From: an uncultured cyanobacterium
Lineage (GTDB): Bacteria > Cyanobacteriota > Cyanobacteriia > Cyanobacteriales > CAWUOF01
Direction: 5' to 3'
Assembly (NCBI GenBank): GCA_963744145.1
Contig: CAVUSO010000001.1
Location: 5,984,001-6,048,000 of the forward strand
DNA length: 64,000 nt
Part shown: positions 21,801 to 30,784 of the stretch, in pieces
Position numbering within the stretch: the stretch's first letter is position 1
Layout: each line of letters opens with the position of its first letter
Notes under the pieces: model-generated
Told to the model about the DNA's origin: nothing
Database searches by the model: none
The model's input: only the letters and a program-made list of their open reading frames with translations
Program-made: the position numbers and the translations under genes

Positions 21801-22820
21801 GTGATCTTAGCTCAAGCAGAAACTGTGGGAATTTCCGCAATTGGTTACTATATTCCTGAAAAAAGAATGACTTGTGAAGATATTGCCAAGTTAGCCAATA
21901 TACCTGTTTCTATGATAATCGAAGAGGTGGGGGTAGAAAAAAAACCAATTGCTGCTGAAAATGAGCATCCCAGTGATATGGGGGTCAAAGCAGCACAGGA
22001 TGCGATCAAAAAAGCGGGAATTAAACCAGAAGAAATCGATCTAATTGCCTATTGTGGTGCAGGAGACTATGATTATAGACATTGGTCACCCTCTGCTAAA
22101 ATTCAGAATGAAATTGGTGCCAAAAATGCTGTCCATGCTTTTGAAATCAGAAATGGTTGCCAAAGTGGGATATTAGGTATTTATATTTGTCAGAATCTAT
22201 TACTAGCAGATCCTGAAATAAATTGCGCTCTAGTCATTTGTAGTGATAAATTTTCCCATAACATGATTGATTATTCTGATCTAGAATTTTTAGATCAGTT
22301 TCGCTGTGCTGATGGGGCTATAGCAGTTATCCTAAAAAAAGGAGAAGGAAATAATAGAATTCTTGGTTACTCTGCGATCGTTCAGGGAGAATATGCTGAT
22401 GGACAGTGTATCCAGTTAGGAGGAACTAAGTTTAATTGGAAAGATTACAACAACAAAAGTGGTTACCTAAAACAACTGGTCAAAACAGATGAAATAAAAA
22501 CTGGGATAATTTTTTTACTAAATTACATTAAGGTAATTCAAAAAGTTCTTGAGAAAAGTAAATATACAAAAGCAGATATTGATTGGTTATTTACTAATCA
22601 AATTTCTGTCAATTTATCTCAGCAAATAATAAGTGCGATGGGATTAAAGATTGAACAAACAATGTTGTCTATGAGAGAATACGGTCATTTAGGAGCAGGA
22701 GATCCCTTGTTTGGCTTGGTAAAAATGATCGAGGTTAATCAAATAAAACCAGGAAATTTGGTGGTATTAGCTAGTAGTGGTAATAGAGTATCCTGGGGAG
22801 CAATGACAATTAAATTTTAA
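21801..22820 (+). CDS. KAS-III (FabH)-like condensing / acyl-transfer enzyme
   Basis: GISAIGYYIP, NGCQSG catalytic Cys, DGAIAV, GNRVSWGAM; GTG start after SD AGGAG. Confidence 0.88.
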   Translation: MILAQAETVGISAIGYYIPEKRMTCEDIAKLANIPVSMIIEEVGVEKKPIAAENEHPSDMGVKAAQDAIKKAGIKPEEIDLIAYCGAGDYDYRHWSPSAKIQNEIGAKNAVHAFEIRNGCQSGILGIYICQNLLLADPEINCALVICSDKFSHNMIDYSDLEFLDQFRCADGAIAVILKKGEGNNRILGYSAIVQGEYADGQCIQLGGTKFNWKDYNNKSGYLKQLVKTDEIKTGIIFLLNYIKVIQKVLEKSKYTKADIDWLFTNQISVNLSQQIISAMGLKIEQTMLSMREYGHLGAGDPLFGLVKMIEVNQIKPGNLVVLASSGNRVSWGAMTIKF

Positions 22821-22857
22821 TTTTTGACTTGTAATAGATTGATTCTAGAGGAACAAT

Positions 22858-23106
22858 ATGACAGAAATAAAAGCCCAAATTCGCCAAATAGTGATTGAAA
22901 TACTGCCCCAAGTTAAAGATGCAGAAAATCTAGATGAACTAGATATTTTTAGTCAAGGATTAACTTCGATCAATGCGATGAGCTTGGTGGTAAAATTGCA
23001 AAATTTATTTGGGATTCAATTTGATGCCAATGAAATTAATATAGAAGACTTTAAAACTATAGTCAATATGGTAAATTTGGTTGAGCAAAAACAAAAGATT
23101 AGGTAA
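22858..23106 (+). CDS. Acyl / peptidyl carrier protein
   Basis: 82 aa acidic protein; GLTSINAMSL phosphopantetheine-site-like motif; between KAS-III and AMP-ligase. Confidence 0.85.
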   Translation: MTEIKAQIRQIVIEILPQVKDAENLDELDIFSQGLTSINAMSLVVKLQNLFGIQFDANEINIEDFKTIVNMVNLVEQKQKIR

Positions 23107-23151
23107 TTACAAATAAATCGAGGAAAAAAATTAGATATTGGGGAAATTATT

Positions 23152-24678
23152 GTGCTGAATCAAATGTTAAAAAAGACCGTAGCTCGGTTTCCCGAAAAAA
23201 TTGCGTTGGTTTGTGGGGAGTTAAGGATAACTTATGGAGAGCTTGACAATCAAGTTGAAAGATTTAGTCAGGGTTTGACTGAAATAGGAGTTAAGCACTC
23301 TGATTGTGTGGCTTTAATTCTACCCAACTGCCCAGAGTTCGTGATTAGTTTCTATGGGATTGCCAGAATAGGTGCGATCGCCCTGTTCCTTAATCCCTCC
23401 TGCAAAGAAAATGAACTCGAAAATTACATCTGCGATAGTAACCCGATCGCGATCATTACTGATATTACTAGAGCTGCCATTTGCAGTCATTTAATTTCTC
23501 AACTCGATCGCCAAGTTCATTTAATTGTAGTAGGGGGAGAGCATCCATTAGGTCATACCTTTAATGATCTGCTTGTCCGGGAAGTAGAAATATTTGAGCA
23601 ACCGCAGTTCCATGAAGGTGATGTTCTCTACCAATACTCATCAGGATCGACTGGAAAACCCAAAAGAGTCTGTCGTACTCAAAAAAACATCTTCCATGAA
23701 GCAAATAACTGTTTCCTGACCCAAAAAATTACTGAATTTGACAATATTTTTTGCCTTGTACCCTTTTATCATGCTTACGGATTTGGACAATGCCTACTAG
23801 CAGCCACTTATTCAGGAGCAACTTTGGTAATTTTAGAACCATGTTGGCAAAATGGCAAGATCATAGAGCAACCATTTATTTTTAGACAAGCTCGGGTATT
23901 GGAGGTGATCGCGCAAGAGAAAATTACAATTTTGCCTGCTATTCCTTATATCTATAGTGTTTTAGCAGCAATCCCTGCAAGTACACCAACAGACTTATCG
24001 ACCTTAAGATTATGTATTTCAGCTGGTAATTTTCTGCCCAAAGATATTTTCGATCGATTCTATACCCGATTTGGAATTACGATCCGACAGCTTTATGGCT
24101 GTACCGAAGCTGGTGCTGTTGCCATTAATATGCAGAATGGAGCTAATATTAAATACGATTCCATTGGTTTGCCGATGAAAAACGTAGAAATCAAGATCAT
24201 GGATGAAGCCGAACAGGAGTTACCAACAGGAACAGTAGGAGAAATAGCGCTCAAAAGTCAAACCCTGACCCTTAGTTATGATCATCATCCCGATGCTAGC
24301 CAAGCAGCATTCAAAAATGGCTACTTTTTGACAGGCGATTTAGGTAAAAAAGATGAAGATGGTTATCTCTACATTACAGGTCGCAAAAAGTTTTTAATTG
24401 ATACAGGAGGATATAAAGTCAATCCCTTAGAAGTAGAAACTGTTTTAATAGAGCATCCCAAAATTAGTGAAGTGGTTGTGGTCGGAGTTGCTACTCCTCA
24501 TACAGGACAATTGGTAAAAGCGGTTATTGTTGCTAAAGGAGATTGCCGAGAACAAGATATTTTTGACTACTGTCAGGATAAGTTAGCAGAGTTCAAAGTT
24601 CCTAAGATAGTTGAATTTCGTCAGGAAATTCCTAAGAGCCCGATGGGAAAGATTTTGAGAGAAAAGCTGTCTAGTTAA
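23152..24678 (+). CDS. Class I adenylate-forming enzyme (acyl-AMP / CoA ligase)
   Basis: YSSGSTGKPK, YGCTE, TGDLG, GRKK, PKSPMGKILR. Confidence 0.92.
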   Translation: MLNQMLKKTVARFPEKIALVCGELRITYGELDNQVERFSQGLTEIGVKHSDCVALILPNCPEFVISFYGIARIGAIALFLNPSCKENELENYICDSNPIAIITDITRAAICSHLISQLDRQVHLIVVGGEHPLGHTFNDLLVREVEIFEQPQFHEGDVLYQYSSGSTGKPKRVCRTQKNIFHEANNCFLTQKITEFDNIFCLVPFYHAYGFGQCLLAATYSGATLVILEPCWQNGKIIEQPFIFRQARVLEVIAQEKITILPAIPYIYSVLAAIPASTPTDLSTLRLCISAGNFLPKDIFDRFYTRFGITIRQLYGCTEAGAVAINMQNGANIKYDSIGLPMKNVEIKIMDEAEQELPTGTVGEIALKSQTLTLSYDHHPDASQAAFKNGYFLTGDLGKKDEDGYLYITGRKKFLIDTGGYKVNPLEVETVLIEHPKISEVVVVGVATPHTGQLVKAVIVAKGDCREQDIFDYCQDKLAEFKVPKIVEFRQEIPKSPMGKILREKLSS

Positions 24679-24680
24679 AT

Positions 24681-26231
24681 CTAACGAACAAGTCCTTCCA
24701 GCAACTCAATCACCGCTGCAACTGCTGTATACATTGCACCCTGAATCGAAGCATGATTAATAGCCAAATGTTCTCCAGCAAAAAAAACACGAGGCTTTTC
24801 TAGAGGATAAGACTGACATAGCAGACTTTGATAGCGCTCTTGTTCTCCAGGTGCAAAAAAAGCATAAGCTCCTGAACCTACTTGAGTTTTTTCATCCCAA
24901 ATACAATGAATCACGTCATCAACATAACGATCAATTTGGGAATGTAGTTGTTTAACCTCAGCTAAAGTCAAGTCAGTTCGTTTACCCTCTTCAAGAGATA
25001 GAAAATGCCGTACATTACTATCCCAACGGTAAGCAGCAGTAAAAGCTGTTGGTTGATGGGAAATTTCCGGATCTTGCGCTACCCAGCACAACTTTTCTGT
25101 CTGGGAGTCTGCTAAAATAGCATTATCCGAAGGATACCAGCATTTTTCCATTGGCAAATCCGTAAAACTGCCCCCACCATAAATATGATCGTAAAGTTCC
25201 CAAGGACGAGCAGTACAGTGAAAGATTGTTTTAGCTGCATTGCTGTAACCCAGACCACAAATAGCCTGTATTTTATTTGCTGGGAGAGGAGGATAGAACT
25301 CTATTCTTGCTAGAGCAGTAGCGGGAACTGTACAAATCACATAGTCAAATTCTTGCTCTTTCTTGCTACCCAAATTATCCCAACCAACTCGAACTCCTTG
25401 GTCGGTCATCTGCAATAGATTTACCTTAGCATTACGCTCAATTTTTCCTGGTAAACGTTCTACAAAAGCTTTTACCAAGGTTTCCATACCACCAACAAGC
25501 TGATATTGTTCAGCCTGATACCAAGCAAAGAAATCAATTAATCCACTCCAGACAGAAATTTCGTCATAATAAATCATTCCCGTCGCACGACCTACCAGTT
25601 CAAAAGCATCAGGAGAAAGGCGATCGCGAAAATATTGGCTAAAAGTTAGCCTATTATATTCCTTTAATTTACCACTGGTAAAAGTTGGCGAAAATATTTC
25701 CCACTTTTCTCGATCAGAAAGACAATCTAATAATTCCTTTAAAATATTTTCATACAAAACTCGAGGATCAATAGATTCGGCTGGGTCGAGATGGTAAACT
25801 GAAAAAAGTTTTTGAAACTGATTAAGACGAGCTTTTTGACCGCGCAAATAATAAAAAGCATTGGGATTGTAATTGACAAAACTACCCTTGGATAAATTAA
25901 ATTTTTCCACATAATGTAGCACACAGCTATGATTGATCGGAATACGCATCGCTCCGAGTTCCCCATAGCTTCCATCAGAAAAATAATGGGTATAAATGCG
26001 CCCTCCCAAACGATGAGAAGCTTCTAAAATGGTTACCTCATAACTCAGTTGACTTAATTCATAAGCCGCAGTCAGCCCAGCAATACCACCCCCAATAATA
26101 CCAACTTGCAAGCGATCGCCACCAGGGTCTTTTGCCTTGAGAGAATTTGGGTGTTGATAGAGTTCAGCAAAGGAAAAAGGGTGATCGGGCTTTTGGGTAT
26201 GACGATAGATATGAAAATTTGATGAGGACAT
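24681..26231 (-). CDS. Flavin amine / L-amino-acid oxidase family
   Basis: GGGIAGL dinucleotide fold, LEASHRLGGR, ELGAMRIP, FAGEH; ATG 26231 chosen as start (uncertain). Confidence 0.88.
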   Translation of the reverse strand: MSSSNFHIYRHTQKPDHPFSFAELYQHPNSLKAKDPGGDRLQVGIIGGGIAGLTAAYELSQLSYEVTILEASHRLGGRIYTHYFSDGSYGELGAMRIPINHSCVLHYVEKFNLSKGSFVNYNPNAFYYLRGQKARLNQFQKLFSVYHLDPAESIDPRVLYENILKELLDCLSDREKWEIFSPTFTSGKLKEYNRLTFSQYFRDRLSPDAFELVGRATGMIYYDEISVWSGLIDFFAWYQAEQYQLVGGMETLVKAFVERLPGKIERNAKVNLLQMTDQGVRVGWDNLGSKKEQEFDYVICTVPATALARIEFYPPLPANKIQAICGLGYSNAAKTIFHCTARPWELYDHIYGGGSFTDLPMEKCWYPSDNAILADSQTEKLCWVAQDPEISHQPTAFTAAYRWDSNVRHFLSLEEGKRTDLTLAEVKQLHSQIDRYVDDVIHCIWDEKTQVGSGAYAFFAPGEQERYQSLLCQSYPLEKPRVFFAGEHLAINHASIQGAMYTAVAAVIELLEGLVR

Positions 26232-26239
26232 TGAGAAAA

Positions 26240-27196
26240 ATGAAAATCCTTTTATGTACGAAGCGTGATTCTTTTCTAGTAGATTTACTAGCATCCCAAT
26301 TATCAGATTGTCAAATTATAGCTTGCTCTACTGACACCGCGATCGAGCATTTAGATGGTGTGGATGTAATCATTCCATACTTTGCTACTATTGATGCCTT
26401 AATGATTAATTCTGGAAAATTCGGGTTAATTCAGCAGTTTGGTGTAGGTTTAGATGCTGTAAATATTGAAGCTGCTACCCATGCAGGGGTATGGGTAGCA
26501 AGAGTACCGGGAAAGATTTCTGGCAATGCCGATTCCGTTGCTGAATACGCCATCATGCTAATGTTAATGCTATCACGACCAATAACCATAGTGAGGCCAA
26601 GATTAAACTCTAATAAATGGAGTCAACAAAAAAGCATTGCCTTATTTAAAAAAACAGCCTGCATTGTGGGACTCGGTGATATTGGTACAGCACTAGCAGT
26701 ACGTCTAAAAGCTTTTGGAATGCGTCTAGTTGCTGTTCGACAACACTCCGAACGCGGAGCATCTCCAGAAACAGGAATAGAACGAGTTTATGGAGCTGAT
26801 GCTCTGACCGAAGCTTTATCAGATGCTGACTATGTAATCTTGTGTGCTTACTATCAAAAAAATAATCATCATTTGATTAATAGTGTCACCCTGGCAGCCA
26901 TGAAACCAGGAGCATTTCTGATCAACGTGGCTCGTGGTGGTTTAGTAGATACAGATGCTTTGTCAGCGGCACTAGCAAGGGGTCATTTGGCAGGTGCAGG
27001 TCTTGATCTAGTTGACTCTCCCACAGATGCTCTTTTCCAACACAACGTCATTGTTACTCCTCATATTGCTGGTGTTACTGACTTGGCTGACCAAGGAATA
27101 ACGGCTGTGGTAGTTGATAACATTAAACGCTATATCCGAGGAGAACAGCCATTGTATGCAGTTAACGCACCTGATCATCTGCGACGCTTGTTATGA
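26240..27196 (+). CDS. D-isomer-specific 2-hydroxyacid dehydrogenase
   Basis: GVGLDAVN, SVAEY, GLGDIG, NVARGG, TPHIAG; start moved to MKILLCT. Confidence 0.9.
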   Translation: MKILLCTKRDSFLVDLLASQLSDCQIIACSTDTAIEHLDGVDVIIPYFATIDALMINSGKFGLIQQFGVGLDAVNIEAATHAGVWVARVPGKISGNADSVAEYAIMLMLMLSRPITIVRPRLNSNKWSQQKSIALFKKTACIVGLGDIGTALAVRLKAFGMRLVAVRQHSERGASPETGIERVYGADALTEALSDADYVILCAYYQKNNHHLINSVTLAAMKPGAFLINVARGGLVDTDALSAALARGHLAGAGLDLVDSPTDALFQHNVIVTPHIAGVTDLADQGITAVVVDNIKRYIRGEQPLYAVNAPDHLRRLL

Positions 27197-27268
27197 TTAT
27201 TTAGCAAGGTTTTGGACTTGCTTGAGCTCGTCCCAGTTTCTTCCACCTTTTTTTTCAGAGCAATACCG

Positions 27269-28222
27269 ATGAACGATCTAGTAGACAAGTCTCAAAACTC
27301 CTGGCTTACCCTAACAACAATAAAAGCGATCGCTGCTTTAGCGATTACACAGCTAGCGATCGGTTCAGTGCCAGTTCTCATTAGATTATCAGAAGATGAA
27401 ATTAGCCCAAATGCGACTATTTTTAACCGACTACTGATTGGGACAGCCTTGTTAGCGCTGTGGAATGTTTTATTTAAGATCGGTCGTAAATTTTTAGGCA
27501 ATCAGCCCATAGAAGCAACCCAACAATCATACTCAAAGGAGGTAATATGGCTATTACTAGCACTAGGATTTTGTATTGCGGGCTATCAAATAGTTTGGGC
27601 TTGGTCTCTCACTCAGACCAGTATTGCTAATTCAGCATTGATGCACAGTTTACTTCCTTTGTTCACTGCTTCAATTGGTATCCTTTTCTTCAGTCAGCAA
27701 TTAGATCGCCCCTTAGCCCTGGGCACAACAATTGCGATCGCTGGAGCTTTCGGTGTCGCACTCAACGATCTGCAAATTGACCCTGACAAACTCCTAGGTG
27801 ATGCGATTGCGTTAATGTCAGCTTTACTAACTGCCTTATGTCTGTTAATTGCAGAACAACTGCAAAAAAAATTAAACACGACCACAATAGTGAGCTGGTC
27901 TTGTGCAATTGGAACTATATTAAATCTACCTCTTGTTATCCTAATTGGAGATGAAATCTTTCCTTCTTCTTGGAGTGGATGGAGCGAAGTAATTGGTTTA
28001 GCTTTAACCCTTGTAATCAGTCAAGGATTAGTCATCTATAGCTTAAAAAGATTATCGCCAAGTTTTGTTGCTGTAGCCTTTCTGTTCGATCCAGCTATTG
28101 CTGCTATCCTTGGCTGGACAATTTTTTCAGAAAGTTTAAATTCCTATAATCTCTTAGGTTTTATTATCGTGTTGTTAGGGATGTATATAACCACCTTAAG
28201 CAAATATGCACTTAAGGTTTAA
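27269..28222 (+). CDS. DMT / EamA-family transporter
   Basis: About 10 hydrophobic segments in two EamA-like halves; LLGDAIAL; start moved to ATG 27269. Confidence 0.88.
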   Translation: MNDLVDKSQNSWLTLTTIKAIAALAITQLAIGSVPVLIRLSEDEISPNATIFNRLLIGTALLALWNVLFKIGRKFLGNQPIEATQQSYSKEVIWLLLALGFCIAGYQIVWAWSLTQTSIANSALMHSLLPLFTASIGILFFSQQLDRPLALGTTIAIAGAFGVALNDLQIDPDKLLGDAIALMSALLTALCLLIAEQLQKKLNTTTIVSWSCAIGTILNLPLVILIGDEIFPSSWSGWSEVIGLALTLVISQGLVIYSLKRLSPSFVAVAFLFDPAIAAILGWTIFSESLNSYNLLGFIIVLLGMYITTLSKYALKV

Positions 28223-28268
28223 TCGCTTTCCCAATCCTCTTATTCAAGTAGAATTCCCTTGAGTATAC

Positions 28269-29333
28269 TCAAGGGTTGCCATCCATACAGCTAACATATT
28301 TCAAGACATATCCAATTACCAAATTTGTCGGATCGACTTGGAAATCAACAGATTCTTTTTTAATAATTTCAAATCCAGCGCTAGTAAAAATTTCAGTCCA
28401 TTTCTGATCAGTAGCTAGTTTTTGGTTGGTGAATGAATGGAGTAAGAAATAAGGGTTATAAAATCCTAGCCCTACTGGAGATTTCATCACTTCTTCATTA
28501 TCAATTGCATAATCAACCTCAATTACATGAAGATAGCTGTGGGGAAACTTTTTGCCAATATTGCGAATAAATTCAATCAAAATATCTTCTCCTGCTTGAC
28601 CATATATTTCTTGGAGAACAAACCAAAATAAAATAAAGTCAGGAATCTCATTCATTTCATAATCAAGAGCAGCACTATTCACTAAAATTATCCGATCTTG
28701 CATTTTCTTTTCGATCACCAAATTGAGTCCAGCTTGATATGCTCCCTCATCAGGCTCAATACCAATTGCTTTAATATTTGGATTTTGGTGACAAAATTCA
28801 CATAATCCCAAGGCACTACCACAACCATAATCAATGATCAAACTGGTGGTAGGTTTGATTTCCGCCATCATTTTTTTAGCCAAAGGAAAGACATCATTTT
28901 GAGAAATTTGGCAAGCACCAATTCCGACCCATTTACCATTTCTTGATACATAGTTTGTGCCATGTTTTAAAATATTAGAAATATTAGAAAATATCGGTGA
29001 ATAACCTCCGACCAACAGATGAAAAAATCCCTGATAGTAAATACTAATTTGGTCACCATAATGAGAAATACGAAAACTGATTTGGTCATTTTCTAAGGTA
29101 CTTTTCTCTAAAATTCCTTCTAGTGCTAGATATTCAAACAAGGCTCGCAATAGGTTAGGGTCAAATCCTTTTTCTTCTGCAATAGTCTTGATATCTAATC
29201 CATCTTTCAACATGGAAAAAATTCCTTCTTTGAGCAGATCGTAAATTACTTGACTAGCTACAAAACCTCTGAGATAGCCAAGAGATTTCTCTAAACCAGG
29301 AAGGAAATCATTACTAATTATCATCTTAGACAT
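28269..29333 (-). CDS. SAM-dependent methyltransferase resembling 2-ketoarginine C-methyltransferases (MrsA / ArgN type)
   Basis: IDYGCGS SAM motif; LLVGGY, GIGACQISQNDVFP, FVLQEI and GLGFYNPYFLLH match my recollection of that family (not searched). Confidence 0.72.
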   Translation of the reverse strand: MSKMIISNDFLPGLEKSLGYLRGFVASQVIYDLLKEGIFSMLKDGLDIKTIAEEKGFDPNLLRALFEYLALEGILEKSTLENDQISFRISHYGDQISIYYQGFFHLLVGGYSPIFSNISNILKHGTNYVSRNGKWVGIGACQISQNDVFPLAKKMMAEIKPTTSLIIDYGCGSALGLCEFCHQNPNIKAIGIEPDEGAYQAGLNLVIEKKMQDRIILVNSAALDYEMNEIPDFILFWFVLQEIYGQAGEDILIEFIRNIGKKFPHSYLHVIEVDYAIDNEEVMKSPVGLGFYNPYFLLHSFTNQKLATDQKWTEIFTSAGFEIIKKESVDFQVDPTNLVIGYVLKYVSCMDGNP

Positions 29334-29335
29334 TA

Positions 29336-30124
29336 TTATTTTTCCTTAGATTCAGGATATTGTCCGGTTCTAACTTCGAGCGCAAATTGGGCGATCGCTT
29401 GCTCAATTATTTCTCGTAAATTAGCATAAGCTTTAGCAAAGGGAGGTAGATGATCCGAAAACCCTAATAAATCGTGGGTAACTAGGATTTGACCATCGCA
29501 ATGGGGTCCAGCACCGATTCCGATCGTCGGGATCGTTAATTTTTGGGTAATTTCTAATCCTAATTCATCCGGAATATGTTCTAAAACGAGCGCAAAAGCA
29601 CCTGCTTGTTCTAAAGCGATCGCTTCGGTTAAAATTCGTTCTCCAGCTTCTTTAGTTTTTCCTTGTTGACGATAACCGAGTTTATGGACAGATTGGGGAG
29701 TTAATCCCAGATGTCCTAACACAGGTATCCCAACTTCTACTAGCTGATTGACCGTTTCGGCGATCGCGGGATATCCACCTTCTAATTTTACTGCTTGTGC
29801 GCCAGTTTCTTTTAATACTCGACCGGCGGAATGTTTAGCTTGTTCAATACTTTCTTGATAGGTTAAAAACGGTAAATCTACTACTAATAATGCCTGATTG
29901 ACTCCCCGTCGAACTGCTTTAGCATGGTGGAGCATCTCTTCGAGAGTTAAGGGTAAGGTAGTTTTCATCCCTAACGCTACCATCGCGAGAGAATCTCCAA
30001 CTAAAATCAAGTCAACACCTGCTCGATCTAATAATTGCGCGATCGCATAATCCCAAGCAGTTAGTGCTACAATCGAGCGTCCTTGCTGTTTCCATTGAAT
30101 AAGTTGCTGGGTGGTGATAGTCAT
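29336..30124 (-). CDS. panB: 3-methyl-2-oxobutanoate hydroxymethyltransferase
   Basis: [32 protein letters not shown]. Confidence 0.97.
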   Translation of the reverse strand: MTITTQQLIQWKQQGRSIVALTAWDYAIAQLLDRAGVDLILVGDSLAMVALGMKTTLPLTLEEMLHHAKAVRRGVNQALLVVDLPFLTYQESIEQAKHSAGRVLKETGAQAVKLEGGYPAIAETVNQLVEVGIPVLGHLGLTPQSVHKLGYRQQGKTKEAGERILTEAIALEQAGAFALVLEHIPDELGLEITQKLTIPTIGIGAGPHCDGQILVTHDLLGFSDHLPPFAKAYANLREIIEQAIAQFALEVRTGQYPESKEK

Positions 30125-30282
30125 TAGCTATTGCACTATGTGATACTCTATTGGCCCTGGTCTGATTGGGAATTACTAAGGGCGAATCTAACCCCTGGCA
30201 AAATTATCTTAGAAAAATTTACTCATCAACGCTTCACCAATCAAGGGTCATAATATAATTATAGAAAATAAAAAGCTTACAT

Positions 30283-30308
30283 AAAAAATCAGAGCTATGT
30301 AGCTCTGA
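30283..30308 (-). terminator. Intrinsic terminator
   Basis: Minus strand TCAGAGCT-ACAT-AGCTCTGA followed by TTTTTT. Confidence 0.75.
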
Positions 30309-30725
30309 CTTTTCCAGAAATTTGGATTAATTGAATAATTGCTAAAAGTGGCCAACGAGCAGCCTGCCCGATTAGCTAAAAATAGCTTAACTACAGCTAA
30401 CTAAATTGGTTGAGTAGCCTAAAAACGTAGTAAAGCGGAGCTAAACAGCGTAATTAGTTCATTTTCCGAGACTCCTCTGTAGTCGCTTCCCTCAGCCAAT
30501 TGGATGCTAGATCCGACCAATGAGAGCGTAGTTCAGTAGGAATCTATTAGGCAGTCTACCCTAGCCTAGTACAATCAAAGTGGCGTGGTTAGCCGTTCTA
30601 GTTTGATTAGCACACCTTGAGTATTACTACTCTAGGCTTTGAAAAGCTTTTTCATTAGTCGGTCAACTTCCTACAAGCCAATAGAGAGCGAATCTTACTA
30701 TCTGCCGTCTGACCGAAAGGTAATT
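30283..30725 (-). ncRNA. Candidate structured non-coding RNA (~440 nt)
   Basis: No ORF of 60 aa or more; several helices including a GUAA-tetraloop hairpin; TAATAT -10-like box near 30740; terminator at the 3' end. Confidence 0.4.
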
Positions 30726-30784
30726 GCAGATCTCTATATTAGTAAGTTTTACTGCTTTTTGCTACCTTTTACTACGATTTTTCG

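Noticed and set aside
26147..26294. N-terminal extensions making the oxidase and dehydrogenase overlap by 148 bp
   Set aside because: The extensions carry no family motifs; ATG 26240 (plus) and 26231 (minus) are more plausible starts
17443..29333. Cylindrospermopsin, saxitoxin or guanitoxin cluster
   Set aside because: No NRPS/PKS modules, no SxtA-like gene, and none of the PLP enzymes or kinase those pathways need
30705..30729. SRP RNA-like motif TCTGACCGAAAGGTAATTGCAG on the plus strand
   Set aside because: Only loosely like the SRP domain IV core (TCAGG..GAAGG.AGCAGC) and no long enclosing hairpin
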